Shown here: piece after piece, positions 39,811 to 54,215 of the stretch | Position numbering within the stretch: the first letter of the stretch is position 1 | Layout of the letters: each line of letters opens with the position of its first letter | Assembly (NCBI GenBank): GCA_035084275.1 | Contig: CM068759.1 | Span: forward strand, 3,348,001-3,412,000 | Direction of reading: 5' to 3' | Length of the DNA stretch: 64,000 bases | Source of the DNA: Hydrolagus colliei | Taxonomy: Eukaryota | The notes under the pieces: generated by a model | Told to the model about the DNA's origin: nothing | The model's database searches: none | Seen by the model: only the letters and a program-made list of their open reading frames with translations | Position numbers and translations under genes: made by a program

Positions 39811-41294
39811 CTCAATACGTCAAGTCAAGAGTGAAGTTCAATACGTAATTCAAAATTCACCTAAATCTTAGGAAACATTTCCAGTGCTGAGCTTGCCAAA
39901 GGAAACATTTATTTGGATGGACATTTCTGTGTACAATGAAAATGGGATAGCAAGGTAAAGAATATTGAATTATTGGAATTGGCTCAGTTTGTTTACCTCA
40001 TGGCTGCTTGTTGGAAGTTGCTTGGGTGAATAACGGTTGCACTTGTCGACAAAAACAGCCACTGGACTTGGCAGTAATTACCCAAGATAATGCGAAGTGA
40101 TCTGGCTACAATTGCTGTATCATGTGTGTTTTATCACACGGTGAATTTGAAGAAAATTATACCTTCTTATTCTATTGTGCAATCCCGACGTGAAAGGTGC
40201 TGCTGTGCAAATGTGGTTCTGTTGTGGTTGTTGAGATGCCCTCTCGATGTGAAAACGCATTATATTAAATGAATGGATTGTTATTATTATTATTAAAGAT
40301 GGGTCTTGAGAAATTGTGATCTATAACTTTTCCTGTACAATTATTCCTCATGTTCTCCGCTCCCATTCAACCGACTGACGTAACTTCAGTCGTTCTTACC
40401 TCCAAAGGCTCCAGGAAAGTTTCCCTAAAGCTGAGGCGGTGGGGAGGGGTTTGGTTCGGCCCTGCCCTCTGTTCTTCTGTCCTTCGGTTAAAGATCTATT
40501 CTCACAAGACTTATTGACGTTCTTTTTTTTTTCCCAATCAACATCCATCATTGTCGGTCCCAAGGAATCCGCACAATCTGCAGACATGACAAATCACAGC
40601 ATCTCCGTTGAATGTTTGTATGAAAGCAACGGAGGGTTTTTGAACTCCATTGATTGTTTGACTTGATTTAAAATTCCTGCCAACTTTAAAGAAAAATTTA
40701 TTCATCCCTACACTCGAAAATGCAAGGGTTTCCCGCACAAGGCTTCGGAATTTCTCCCACCATTCAATTCGCCATTAAAATACTTCAGTCGCATTTCAGA
40801 AAAACATGAGACATGCTCAACCTGTGGTTGATCTGAAATCCCTTAACTGTTTATGTCGAAACCAAAGACTTCATTATCACTGATGCATCTTAAATGCCAA
40901 AACTGGCATTTGCGTTCCCTGGGGCATCTTTTTTTTTCACCTAAATCACAATAAATTGTTCGGATTATTCATCATGTGAACAATTATTTTAACAGAAACA
41001 TTTTGAAACATATTGTTTGGTCTTCTTGGTTACAAAAGCTAATGTGTCTAGCATCGTCGCTATTATTTTTTAGTGTTTTTTTTCTAGATCATAATTCACT
41101 CATAATAAACTCCCAATGAACTCATTGTCTTGCAGTTTAGAGTATTTTGTCATCTGTTTAATGGCACTGAGATATGGTGTCAACATTCAAGGCCAATTCT
41201 GACTCTCTTCCCACTTAACACAGTTTTGGATTAACTTCCAGCACTCTGGAAAATTAATTTGAGGAAATACTTCTTTTGAGAAGAAAATAGTAAG

Positions 41295-41398
41295 AATAAT
41301 AATAATAATCCTTGAATTTGATATAGCGCTTTTCACATCTTCTAGACATCTCAAAGTGCTTCACAGAATACACTGTAAAGTGAGTTGACTGTATATTT
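41295..41398 (-). mobile_element. SINE 3' fragment
   Basis: (AAT)n atccttgaatttgatatagcgcttttcacatcttctagac. Confidence 0.85.
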
Positions 41399-41469
41399 TG
41401 TATAAATATAGTATGTCTTGATGTTCAACTAACTTACTGTAACTTACTGTGTGGGTACACTGGCACGTG

Positions 41470-41615
41470 TTAAAATATCTGAAGAGGAGATGCATAAAAA
41501 GTATTGGGGGGTGGGAAAAAAATGGAGAAATGGGATGAAACTGATAGCTCTTTCAGAAAGCTAGCATAGCCAGCATAAAGGTCTGAATGGAATTTTCTAA
41601 GATTCTAGGTTCACA
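41470..41615 (+). mobile_element. CR1 3' UTR remnant
   Basis: tgggatgaaactgatagctctttcagaaagctagcatag...gtctgaatgg resembles CR1 3' ends. Confidence 0.55.
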
Positions 41616-43088
41616 ATTACAACAATATCTCCAGAACAATCATTCCAGTTCTGGTGAAAGATCACTCCTGTCTTTTCTCTTTCAGTTGCTATTCACACTG
41701 CTGCCCATTTCGACCATTTGGAAGTTATGTAAGTTGTCTATTCCTCTCCGCTCCCAACATTTCTTGAAATGGAGTTAACAGTTCTTAAAGGTTAGCTACA
41801 ATCTTATTCATCGTCTAATTCCTTTACGTTATCGAAATCTCGCAAAGTACCAAAACACAATTCAAGAACATGAATTATCATGGGAAACCTGATGTTATAT
41901 TATAGACAGGGGTCAAATTATAAATTTTTAGAAACAGCTGATAATAAATTCCTTTATCTCCAAAGAAGAAAAGTCCTGATGTACATAACATACTGGATTT
42001 CCACGCCTCCGCAGTCATTTATTCCACTTCCACCAGAATTATTTGTAGGGATACCTGTGATGAGTGTTCGATTGCTCTTTTGATCTGCAAAAGAAAAAGA
42101 AGTAAGACAAAATATGGAGACACAACGGCCAGCTAGCACATCGAGGAAACCCATTCCATTAGGCTATCTCCGGCATTGGTCTGCGCTGGACTCTTCAAGC
42201 TTTCTCTCCAAGCTAAATCATTTCCTAAAAGATAGTGAATAATCATTAAATAACTTCTAAGAAGTTAATACACAGCGACATTTCTCCCTGACCTATAAGT
42301 GAAATTGAACACAATTCAGATCAGCAATCTAATATGATGTACAGATGATTGGAAGAGTATAAATAAAGGGCCTGAATATTCAAACAAATAACCTTAAACG
42401 TATATTTTCTTTTCTCTCAACACAGCACGTTACATCAACTGTTTGCTCATCCACACATTAGAGAAGACTATTTATTGATTCACACAATCGCTGTATTCTT
42501 ACATTTGGAAAACAGTAAACAAACCACAATGTAATTGACGCATTGTCTGTGATGCTACAGTATCTCAAAGTCTGAATACCCCCATTGCATTGTTGATGAA
42601 CACAATACTGTGCATTGCAACATTCAAAACTTAAGCTTTCCTTTGAACAAATGCCACATAATTTGTTCATACAAAGGATTAAGGAAGAAGTTTGTACTTC
42701 CATCTCCCATTACGAAAGGATGAATTTTTAAATTTTATCAAGTACTGTACAGTACTTATTTTTTACTATTCTGTGAATGACTACTTATAAAATCTATATC
42801 CTTAAACAAAGTTGGACTTCAGATGCACAATTTATCTGGATGAAATATTTTCATGTAATTTCTTGCAGAATCTCATAAAGCCAATGGCGTGTGCTTCACT
42901 GCAATATAATAACAATTACATATACATAGCGCCTCTCACATTGGCAGGACACCTCAAAACTTTGGTTAGTTAATGAAATGCATTGAGATCAGTAACTCTT
43001 CATTTGACTTTTTGCTGGTTTCGTTTCCTCATTTCATTGGCATGTTACCAAGGTTTTTTTTGTGATATCTTACCAACACCAGGATTGC

Positions 43089-43406
43089 AATAATAATAAT
43101 ATCCTTGCATTTGGCATAGACGTTTTTCACGCCTTCTAGACATCGCAAAGCCCTTCACAGAATATTCTGTAAAGTGAAATGACTGTATATATTTGTGGGC
43201 AGCCAAAACACGGCAGCCAATTGCGCACAGCAGCGTCCACACAAACAGTCATGGATTTAAATCACCAACTTTTATTATTGCGTTTTTTTTTGGGGGGGAG
43301 CGATTATTATTAGGCGTGCCCCAGGTTTCGCCCTGACCTGCCTGGATTTGAACACATGTCTCGCGCTTGTAAGGCGAGTGCTCTAACCACTGAGCTACAG
43401 GACTCC
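43089..43406 (-). mobile_element. Full-length tRNA-headed Deu-domain SINE
   Basis: Reverse complement begins ggagtcctgtagctcagtggttagagcactcgccttacaagcg. Confidence 0.92.
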
Positions 43407-43514
43407 ACGTAGCAAAACGTTAGGGAACTTTTCTTTCCCTCAAAATAAGTTTATTTGTGGAGATTTCTGGCTACTTCTTGTATTCCAAACACAGCAGATG
43501 GACACTTCAACGTA

Positions 43515-43719
43515 CAGTAAAAGCCCATTTATCCAGCACCCTCAGGACTTGCCAATGCCGGTTAAAGCGCCTGCTGGATATTCGGCTGAAAACGCAATTG
43601 TTTTTAAAAAATGCATTTTTCCGGATAAATTCTGGTTAATCGAATGCGGACCTTTTAATGCGATGCCGGTTATACGGAAGTTACGGTTGATCGGGTGCCA
43701 GATAAACGGGCTTTTACTG
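43515..43719. mobile_element. Tc1/mariner (Tigger-like) MITE
   Basis: TIRs cagtaaaagcccatttatccagcacc / ggtgccagataaacgggcttttactg with TA flanks; interior homologous to the 25083 copy. Confidence 0.92.
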
Positions 43720-45239
43720 TAGTTCATTTTTTTCATTTATTTGCACAGTTTGATCAGCAATGTGACTCCTGTCATTAAACAGAAACTGACAATAATTGGT
43801 GACGTCACTTGAAATCGATCAATGGTGAAATAGATACAGTGGATGGAATGAGATTTTAAAAAATGCACTGAAGCAAGTTATCCTGACATGTCGATGATGG
43901 AAATGAAAATTTGAATACCAATGCGATGTCTTGCTTGTACCATCTATCCATCACTTTAGACACTTTAGATAATTCACTTTTCATATAGGAAATAGTCAGT
44001 GGAGGCTCAATAACTACAGTAAATGATTGGACTTCAAACCTACTCATTGAAATTAATATTTATTCAGTGGATGAGTACCAAGGCCATCTTTTTTTTCAGT
44101 GCATCTTACCACATTACTCCAGTCATAGCATAATGAAACCAATGGTCTCCCTGGCTCCATAGATGTGCACAATAAATACAAATATATTAAAATATGTTAC
44201 AATATTCTCCTGTACTTAAAGAAAAACATAAACCTTTATATGTCCTAGAAATCAGCACATCCTGTAAAGGTACCTTTTAATTAAATTGTAGTTGAGTTGT
44301 TTCACAAAACTTCTTTGATACTTTAATTAAGACACCCAAATATCTGTATAAATATATTAAAAAATATATATTCTAGTATTCTTTACAAAAATAACTTTAT
44401 TCCTTTTTTTAACAGTAAGCCTCTGTATTGGTAATCATACACACATGCATTTAAATTATGCAAGGTCAGATTTTACTTCAACAGATACTTGTTCATAAAT
44501 AATCAAGGAGAGTCAACACTACTGTACCTGTAAAAACAATGCTTTTTTTTTGCAAACCAATGGCCACTTGTTCAGCTTCAGTTCCCAAGGATTGTTGCTA
44601 TTTGCAGCCTTGGTCAATGTGGTAAAGTTTTTTTTAAATCAGTCAGGAAACATCAAAGACGTATAGAATCTGGCAGAGGTACCTGGTTGACAGCCACAGA
44701 GAAGTTGGAGGAGTTTGTGTAAAAATGGGCCAGGAACAAACTTTTAAGCTGAATTTTCAGTTTCGAAATCCTGCTGAGCAACGGTTTTAAGACTTTACTG
44801 CATCCCTAATGTTTGTGATGAATAATTCAGACCATTAAACTATATTCTTATACGTGCAGATTAGCATAGTCCTTATATCCTTGTAAATTCCCAGTTCTTA
44901 CATTAGAATCAGAAACTGATTTTCAATTTTTTTTTTACTTTGGATATCATACACTCATTCCCTGCGATGTTGTACCTCTAACACGTATCTATTGTGAACC
45001 CGTACTTCTGAAGTCCTAATCCCATTATTCTTCAGTAGGAATGGATTTATTACTTATGCAGTCTACTTGCCCTGATCTGATTCCAAACACTTTTTAAAAG
45101 TTGGTGCCTCACTGATACTCCCTTATTGATCTCTCAGAGATGCAGAGAATTATGAATAGGTTTCATATCCCTTTTGTTATTTTTGGACGAGTTTTGAAGC
45201 AAAATGCGTAAACAGTAATTGCAGATGGGATCTGGGTTT

Positions 45240-45310
45240 ACAACAACAACAACAACAACTTTGATTTATATAGCGCCCTCCACGCTGGACAGCATCTCAG
45301 AGCGCTTTAA
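45240..45310 (-). mobile_element. L2-type 3' tail with (GTT)n
   Basis: (CAA)n followed by ctttgatttatatagcgccctccacg; matches 186-250. Confidence 0.75.
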
Positions 45311-46306
45311 TGGGAAGTTGCACTCAATCGACTAGTCCTTAAAACCTGAATTAACTTGTAGAGTCAAAACATCAAGACATCTAAAAAATACTTTGATTTC
45401 GATAAACACAATCAGCTGATTGAAACATAATCTCTTATATTAAGGTTAAGAAGGTTCAGAAACTTCCTTCTTCTGGCTAGTTATTTTGCTGTCAGCATCA
45501 CCCACCTCGCATAAGACGCCATCTGCGAGAAGCAAAGAAACATAATACAGTATTTGCACTATGCAAAATAGCCGTTTATTCAAGTCAAGGTTCACAAGCT
45601 GAACGAACGACACTGAGAATGGAGTCTCAGGCCCTTGCTGCATCAGGGGAAATTTTGATAAACATGTTTAACATTATTACCTGCAGACCTTCAGTTGTAA
45701 CTATGTACTCATCTGCAATATCGTCAACAATCACAACACCGCAGTCAGACCTACTTAACCTCATGTTCACTCATGCTCTTTACCTTAGCTCACTGCAGAG
45801 GCGAATAACCTCTCGCTTCGGTGAAAGTGCCACGAAGCATGGCACATCACAAGTAGCAATACTGTACCTGGTCTTATCATGCAGCTCTCAACTTAACATA
45901 CTTGTCTGTGCACAGTTACCCATGGTTGGACTCGATGCAGTGTCAAATTACAAACAGAGAAATCAAACTACTACACTTACTACGATTCCTTTTTTCAGAG
46001 CAGACGACCATCACACTCCTATTCACAGTTACCAATCCTCAGTATTATAGTTACTCTATTTCTGGGTTTGCAACTCAATCTTCAGGATACATGGTACAGA
46101 AATACTGAAGAAATGCATTCTGTCCTATGTTTCAAGTCGAGCTTGATAATGTGCTTTACAGCATCACCGTAGGCAAACCATACCCCAAACACAAGGATGT
46201 CCCTGTGCACAAGCTACGCAGGAGAGAGTTTCATCTGCTTTCAGTATCCTCACTGGCCTCCTCTATCCAAAGACATGGCTTCTGCTGCTACATGGCAGCA
46301 TAGAGG

Positions 46307-46597
46307 TAATAATAATAAAAATCCTTGCATTCACATCTTCTAGATGTCTCAAAGAGTATCACAGAATATGCTGTAAAGTGAATTGACTGTTTATTTGTGA
46401 GCGAATTGCGCACAGCAGCGTCCCCACAAACAGTCGTGGATTGAGTGACCAAAGTATTTTTGTGTGTTTTTTTTTTAGAAGGATTATTATCAGGCGCGCG
46501 GTGTAAAGAAACTTGCCCGAAGTTTCGCCCTGCCGGGAATCAATCCCAGGTCTCTTGCTTGCAAGGCGAGTGCTCTAAGCACTGAGCTACAGGACTG
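46307..46597 (-). mobile_element. Near full-length Deu-domain SINE with small internal deletions
   Basis: Head rc gtcctgtagctcagtgcttagagcactcgccttgcaagc, core and tail present. Confidence 0.9.
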
Positions 46598-47639
46598 CGG
46601 GGAATGATGGTATTGTGTTTTATACATGATGCTGCCATACATATGGTAATGCCATTTTTCTGCAACATGATTACATTGTGTGGCTGCATGTGCACAGAAC
46701 CCTCCTGGAGTCTGTAATAAACTGCCTGAAGCTGGATAAAAGCAGCAAAACTAGCAAGCACGTAATCGCCTGCCATTCACAAGTAGCTCTTAGCCTCTGT
46801 TACCCTTCTTTTTTTAGTGTGTGTTGAACTGAAAGTGGAAGGGACCTGTCATTGTTGCACCCAAGCAACGTGGACGCTGTTTCTGACTACAGTCCTCGCT
46901 GGCAAAATCAGCTAAAACTCCTACATGCAAGTTGCGCGATACATCCAATGTGATGCCATTAAATAATAAATGGAATTTGGTATGGAGTATCATGGCACTA
47001 CCTACGTCCAGTATACAAAAAAAAATTCACAACAATATTACAAAATGTTCATGTTTAGGTGACAGCAAAAGTAAGTCACAATCTAATTTCTGCCTTTGTT
47101 CTATTTTGCGACAGTGCTATTTCATACTGTCATAGGGTAGCGTGAAATACCATACTGGTAATGGCCTGCCATTTCCAGATTCCTTTTTCACTGAGTAAAC
47201 TTGAAGTATGAGTACTGAAGCGCTGACTGGTGTCCCGACATCAAGCTCCTGTCAGCTATAGCGTGAAATCTTTAAGAGTGCCCAAGAACTTTTTAAACGT
47301 TCAATTTAAAATGTACAGTAAGAAAAAAAAATGCTATCACTGTCTGCAGTTATACCATAGTTATGCTTGGGTTGAAGCGATACATGAGAAATCCCATGAG
47401 GTGTTTCCACGTCGCTTCATTTTATCTTAGTCACAATCGTTAAACCCAAGTTTTAAAGCAGTTTGACTTGTGAAATCCTCAGTATAATTTTTCCATTCTA
47501 GGGCTGGTGACCTAAGAAATTTCAATTATAGGAAAATTTGCACACTTAATTAACCCTCAGGCTGTTGGAACCTCAATGGAATTCCACCTCCATGGGCAGC
47601 TATATATATATATTTTTTTTGAAAAGTTGAATTATAAGT

Positions 47640-47953
47640 GGAGACCTGTAGCTCAGTGGTTAGAGTACTTGCCTCATAAGCAAGCGACCTCCTGGGTTTG
47701 ATTCCCATCAGGGTGAAACCTTGGGGAAGTTTCCTTACTCCACACGCCTGATAATAATCCTTCAAGAAAAGAAAACAATAATAAATTGGTCACTTCAATC
47801 CACGACTGTTTGTGGGACACTGCTGTGCACAATTGGCTGCCACCTTTCACCCACAAATATACAGTCAATTCACTTTGCAGTGTATTCTGTGAAGTGTTTT
47901 GAGACGTCTGGAAGGCGTGAAAAGCTCTATGTCAAATACAAGGACTTGATTTT
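47640..47953 (+). mobile_element. Full-length tRNA-headed Deu-domain SINE
   Basis: ggagacctgtagctcagtggttagag head, core and tail. Confidence 0.9.
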
Positions 47954-50900
47954 CATATGACACTTTTCAAAGGAATTGTTTCAAGGGATACACTGCAAAA
48001 TACAATAAATGTTTAGTTCATATTCGAAGTTTGTAAACTCTTGAAGAAACACTAACATTACTGCAAGAAATCTACCCTCCAAAAACAAACACGGAAGGTT
48101 AATTTAAATTTTAAAATGTTACCATTTCCCGCTGGTTACTGACTTATCCTCCCTTTCTTCCCTTTACAAGTTGAACTTTACTTCTAATCTGACGTTGAAA
48201 AAACTCAATTAAGGCAAAGGAAATCTAAAAATTGACATAGACACTTGACAAATGTGGTCAGAGCAACATTTGATGCAACATTACACAATCAGAGTATTCA
48301 TTACAGCTCAGCAAACCATCTCATTGATGCTGTGACAGCGCTCCAACAAGATTATACATCAGCAGCACTCGAAAGGTTGAGTTAATTAGATCCGTTGTCT
48401 AATAATTGGCTGAATTGATATTTTTAGTTTGCTGGCAATAGCATTTTCTTATTTCCCACTTTGCAATAATTGGGTACTAAAATTAGCAGCAGCCTGATAG
48501 TTCCCTGGACATTGATAAGTCTTTGAGACAAACGGAGACCTTTCGTTTTAGGTCAGTCAGGTGTCCGGTAGGTGCAGAAATCCATTCCCCATGTTTAAGA
48601 GTATTCTAATCCCGACAGAGAGTTCTGTGCATCCCACCATCTCGTGGAAATTCCCATTGAATGGAATGCTCACTCTCCCTGGAGGGACACATCCCACTTA
48701 CCTAATTTTGAAGAGAACTTGGCACAGGCTGACAAGAGCCAAGGCTTGGAGATCCCAGATCAAATAAAAACGCATAACCTATCATTGAAAGCATCACCTG
48801 TCAAGCTTTCCCTCCTACTTGTCCAATTAGGATCACCGCACCCATTAGGCTTGCCGGGTAAGCCATGTGAGAGGAAACCTTGTCTCCAGTAGGTAGACCT
48901 TACATGGCGTTTATATCTGTGATTGTTCTTACATAAAGTAATACATACTTTTGCATTCTCTGCTAATTCTTCAGGCCTCAACAGTTCTGAGGTTATATGA
49001 TGCATAACATACAAGCATGCAAAGGAATATACAAAATATACCATCCGCTGTTAAAATGAATTCTTGAAGCTACTTGGAAAGAACTGTCATTGATGAAACA
49101 GAATCTACCAGGTGTATTGACTTAAAATTGCTCATGGCTTCCATTTCAAACGTGACTGCTAACTCAGAGGAAATGACAGCGAGATTTTAAGTCAACTGCA
49201 ACCCCACAAATAAGTCATTTGTGACTTATTTATTAAACCCAAAGTACCTTGGGCAACTCCTCTCAGTCAGGGTATGGTAAATTATGCAAAATGCATATTG
49301 GGAGATCTGCCTCTTCCTCTTGGGATCATTATACCTTTCTTGCTGGCAACATAACTGCTACTGCATCATTATTTGAGACCTTTTGTGGTCGGATGTGAAG
49401 TGCTACTTCAGCTTTGTCCGAAAGCTAGCACAACTTGACACCGAAATTTGTCATTGCCCATTGAATGTCAGCATTTAATTTGCCATTAGATTCCCAGTGA
49501 TGATCTATTTCAACTAGCATTTAATCACGCTCCTATTAACCATCACTGCTGGTGCGTAATGCAAGTGGAAATTTTAAACCGATGGTAAATATCCTATGTG
49601 TTTATTTCGCATCACGCAGAGTGTTACTAACAGTTTTATACGCGCGTGTATGCCAATGTTAAACATGTTACAACATCATAAGTAATCTAGCTCAATGTTT
49701 CCAACAAGGTGTACACAACTGACACAGATCAGACACAATGAATTCAATGAATTGGTCTCAGTTCAGCGGTTTTCCTTTCAGTATTTGTCTTATGCTGTTC
49801 CTGTCTATCAGAAAATGCTACAGGAATCATCTAATGCCTTTTCACTTCTAATTCAGCTCTATTTGACGGAGCCCAGATATAAGGGTAAAAACACTAACAT
49901 TTTCTTAAGGTGCGTGCCCAGCTATTGTCTGAATAGCTGCAGAAACCAATGTTCACCTGAGTTCAGCGATCCATAGATTTTTACATTTATCCACACATTT
50001 TTAAAATTCATCACCGGAATCTAAATTAGCAGTCGTCTGCAGCTCTGCTGCCTGCTTCAGTTCACACCACTTTTCATTTTTAACCTAAGCATATTCAAAA
50101 AAAGGTTATCCGACAACTATTCCAGCAAGACGGAATGTACTCTACACGTCACCAACTCCTATAGCAACAACATCTTGAAGGTGGTTTTTCTATGATGCCT
50201 TTTCCCTACTCATGCTTAATCTCTGCTCCGAAAGAGCGTGTAAGGCTTAACACGAGGGAATTATTGAACCTTATCTGGCCTCCAATGTTCAGTAGGATGA
50301 TTCCCTTAATATTTCTCTGGCCTTCGTTTGGCCACCTGTTTCTCTCCCTTTCTCCCATCCTTTAAATAAACTGGCACGAGTCTATGAATGACAATGACAG
50401 TAAGTCGCCTTTGTAAAGGCTTTTAATTTGACATTGAGGTGGTGTGGGGGTGTGCCCTGTACCCACATATTATTGCAATATAATCAAATGATTTGATTCT
50501 CAGATCCCTGTCACTTGTAGACTCACAGTAAATTACAGATCAGAAGAAGGCCATTTGGTGCATTCTGTCCACGCTAACTCTTTCAGTGGATGTCAATACT
50601 GGTGTAATTCCCCAATTAATGTCAGAACACTTGGTTTTAAATAGTATTATCTTGCAGGTCACCTGATTATATGCAATTCAGAATTATAGAGCACTGCCTT
50701 GCACCGGTATGATTTTTACATCTTCTGACATACATGCTCTTCTATCAAGATGCAATGTAATCAAAGCTTGTTAACAGTGCTGCAGCCTTGTTTTGAAGCA
50801 GGTATTCATCTGTGGCTTTTTTTTTAACCGTCACAGAGAGTAAGAGAGGGGTCTAAGCAGGATGTCTCTCACACCACTTGTGGCGATTGGTGAGAGAAAG

Positions 50901-52834
50901 CAGAATCTCCGATTACCTGACGAAGAGTGCTAAAGTGCCCCCGGTACCAGTAATAACTCTTAGTATCAGTAGATAAAAAACAAATTTAAATTCAAATGAA
51001 CTATCTTTTAGAAAACAAATTGTTCGGCTGGAATGGTATTAGTGAAACGCTCCTTAGGGAAACTATTAAATGCAAAACATACTCCAGAAATCTTGAACAT
51101 CTTAATAACTAGCTCACAGCTTTGTCACACATTCTTCTTACTTCATTCATTAAATTCTATGTTCCACATTTCCATACTGAATACTCTCAGTACTAAATTT
51201 AGAAATTTGTATATTTATATATACAAACTGTATATGTACTGATGGATATACTGGGTGCATCTATATATATTTATATATATATATATGTCCATATATTTGC
51301 AGGATATAGAGAATATTTGACTCAGGTTATGTTTTCTCTCAGATCCCCCCAAAATAACACATCATAATTGGTCTAGCTGATTCAGAGACAGAGAGAGATA
51401 GAAGAGAGAGCGCGAAAAGTGTCAGAGTTCTAGGAAAGGAGTTAGTTTAATGATGAATCGGGAACCACAGAATAGATAGAATGATTTCAGAGAAAACAGA
51501 ATTGTTGTGACCCTAATGTTTGTGGAAACATCAAACAATTTTGATGAACTTTATGCACTTGCACTCAATAATTACCTTTGAGTGAATGTGACCTTTAGAG
51601 TGTATTTTCTCCAGTCAGATTTCTGCCATTAATTTTAGGTGATTTATGATATGATCAATTATTTCAATCAAAGTACTTTATAGTTCCGCATGTCTCCATC
51701 GCTCCGATGGCCACTTTCACCAGGATTGTCTTGAGAATGTGACGTGGGGGATTTGTGTGCTGGGATTATCAAGATAATTTGCTTGCAACAGACTCAATTA
51801 ACTTTCATTTTCGAGTGCTTTGTCATCTTTTGATGGCAATATGACTCAATATTGATATTCCAGGTCAGCCCTGGCTCCCTGCCCACATAATAAACCTTTG
51901 ATTCAGTTTTCTTAAAATCTAGAAAGTGACTTCAGAAAATCCCACCTGAAATATTAATAAATTCCACAGGAATTAACTGATCTCCACTAAGGCAGTTGGC
52001 AAATAAAGTACATGCAATTGAAACAACCAAATGATAGCCTAATGGAATAACACACTGTTGCTATGCAGTACCATTATGCTGAACCATATGGTGCAGTGTG
52101 TTGGCATCAATTATCCTCCACATTATGATCTTCCAATCTTTGATATCAAGTGGAAGCTCTGACTGAAATAACAATAATAATCTTGCATTTAAAAAATATA
52201 CAGACGTTTTACAAGTTTTTTTTAAACAAATTACAATTTAAAAAAGTGAATGTTTTTAAGGAACGGTGGAGGGAAACACTGATGGTGAGGCCACTGTTAT
52301 GCGTGAGAAATGGCTTCACGGCTGTGGCTGTGGATCTGAAATTATACTTGTGAGCGAGACTTTAAGAGAGGCAGGCAAGGACAAATGGCTCGTTCAGCTA
52401 CTGGCATCACTTTATCTTCAGCATATTGAGTTGATAAACGCAATGTTACTCAACAGATTCGATGTGATAATGAATGATTTTTTTGTGTAACCTTGAAATC
52501 TGTTCGGAAACATAGCGTTTCTTTTAAAATCCATTGAATCTTTAAACATTCCAAAAGAAAACATTTTACTTCTAAATAACTGTGCATCCAAACTGCAGTT
52601 TTTAAAGTTTTATTGGTGGGGGTCAGTCGGACCGAGACCACCTATGTTAAATGGAATGAAATAAATACTCTGTCTCTAGGGATACAAATCCTGCTTACCC
52701 AATTCAAAAAAATATTAGATGAGGTACTGTATAAACCTACAAAATCAGCCCTAGTTTGTTGCTCTGGAATAAAACATTAATCTACTGTTGAGAGCCCTGC
52801 CAGTTTGAGTGCATGGACTTTCATCATCATAGTA

Positions 52835-52975
52835 ATAACAATAACAATAATAATAATAATCATCCTTACATTTGATATGGTGCTTTATCATGTTGTTGAG
52901 ACATCGCAAAATGCTTCACCGGATATACTGCAAAATGAACTGTGTATTTTATGGACAAAACGCGGCAGCCAAATT
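52835..52975 (-). mobile_element. 5'-truncated Deu-domain SINE
   Basis: (AAT)n tail and aaacgcggcagccaaatt core. Confidence 0.8.
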
Positions 52976-53653
52976 GTTCTCAAGAAATGTCCTGGAATGC
53001 ATGCATAATATAATTTGCATACAAAATGTGATTTTATTCATGTAAATCTTCGGGATACCCACGGTAAAAATGAAAAACAGGTTTCCACAGATGGGTTACA
53101 ATGTGTATTCGGAAAAAATTGTTGAGGCTTTTTAGAGACACTGTATTTACAACTACCAAAACATAAGTCATTAAGTCAGTGACAGGGGTTACACTTACGA
53201 GAGCTAAATATTTATTTCTTGCTTGTGGAACAACTAGGTTGCGTTCTTCCACTGTGATGACGAAGAATTTGGGAATAGGCTAGCTATTCCAAAAATTTTA
53301 AGTGGGGCTAACGCGCCAGTGTCTGTCTGATAAAGTGCGTAATTACAACAAAAAAAACATCAAAAACTGTTCAATGCCAGAAACAGTTCATATGTAGATG
53401 TAGAGTTAGTGTCTAAATCCAATTGCTTGAAATCAAAGTGTGATAGTTAATTAACTCGTTACTGGGATGTGTCCACAAAGGATGTTGAGCAACATTTTTC
53501 AAATGTCACGCACAAAATCCTATTAACTCAAACATTGCATAGTGCTGCGCAGTAAATTTCTGTGTATTTAGATCCTGAACTAAAGGGAAACATACTTTTT
53601 TGTTAACTATCTATATGCCACAAGAACTGCTTTAAATTCACTGAATTCTAGTC

Positions 53654-54215
53654 AACAACAACAACAAAATTACATTTATAGAGCGCCTTTCACACTGGGA
53701 GGACGTCCCAAGGTGCTGAACAGTCAGGGTTCGGGACCTGAGCATGGGAGGGAAGGGCGAGGTAGAGGGGAGGACAGGGAGAGAAGTGGGAGGGTTTTGA
53801 GACATGCCTTGAAGGAGGGAAGGCAGGAAGCGAGGCGAAGGGACTGTGGAATAGAGTTCCAGAGTGTGGGGTCAGCGAGGCTAAAATCCCGGCCACCGAT
53901 GATAGGTTGGGTTGGATGGGGGACATGAAGCCACTGAACAGAGTGGGGGCAGATTGGAGAGGTAGGAAGGGGCAAGGCCGTGGATGGCCTTGAAAGTGAG
54001 GACGTGGATCTTGAATTCGACCCTCTGGGGGAATGGGGAGCCAATGGAGCTGGGAGAAGGTGGGAGTGATGGGGTTGCAGAACCTGGTGTGAGAGATGAC
54101 ATGAGCTGCAGAGTTTTGGACGATCTGTAGCTTGTGAAGGGTGGAGCTGGGAAGGCTGACAAGGAGGGAGTTTCCGTAGTCAAGCCTTGATGTGACGAAT
54201 ACATGGGTGTGGGTA
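53654..54215 (-). mobile_element. L2 LINE 3' fragment (frameshifted ORF2 C-terminus, 3' UTR, (GTT)n tail)
   Basis: HVFVTSRLDYGNSLL...LQIVQNSAA...LHWLP and RVEFKIHVLTFKAIHGLAPSYLS are canonical L2 ORF2 C-terminal motifs. Confidence 0.93.

Noticed and set aside
43335-43406. tRNA gene (Val/Ala-like), here and at other SINE heads
   Set aside because: No complete acceptor stem and always followed by the SINE body, so these are SINE heads
45619-46050. 143-aa ORF
   Set aside because: No recognisable domain, splice context or codon signal; expected by chance in 64 kb
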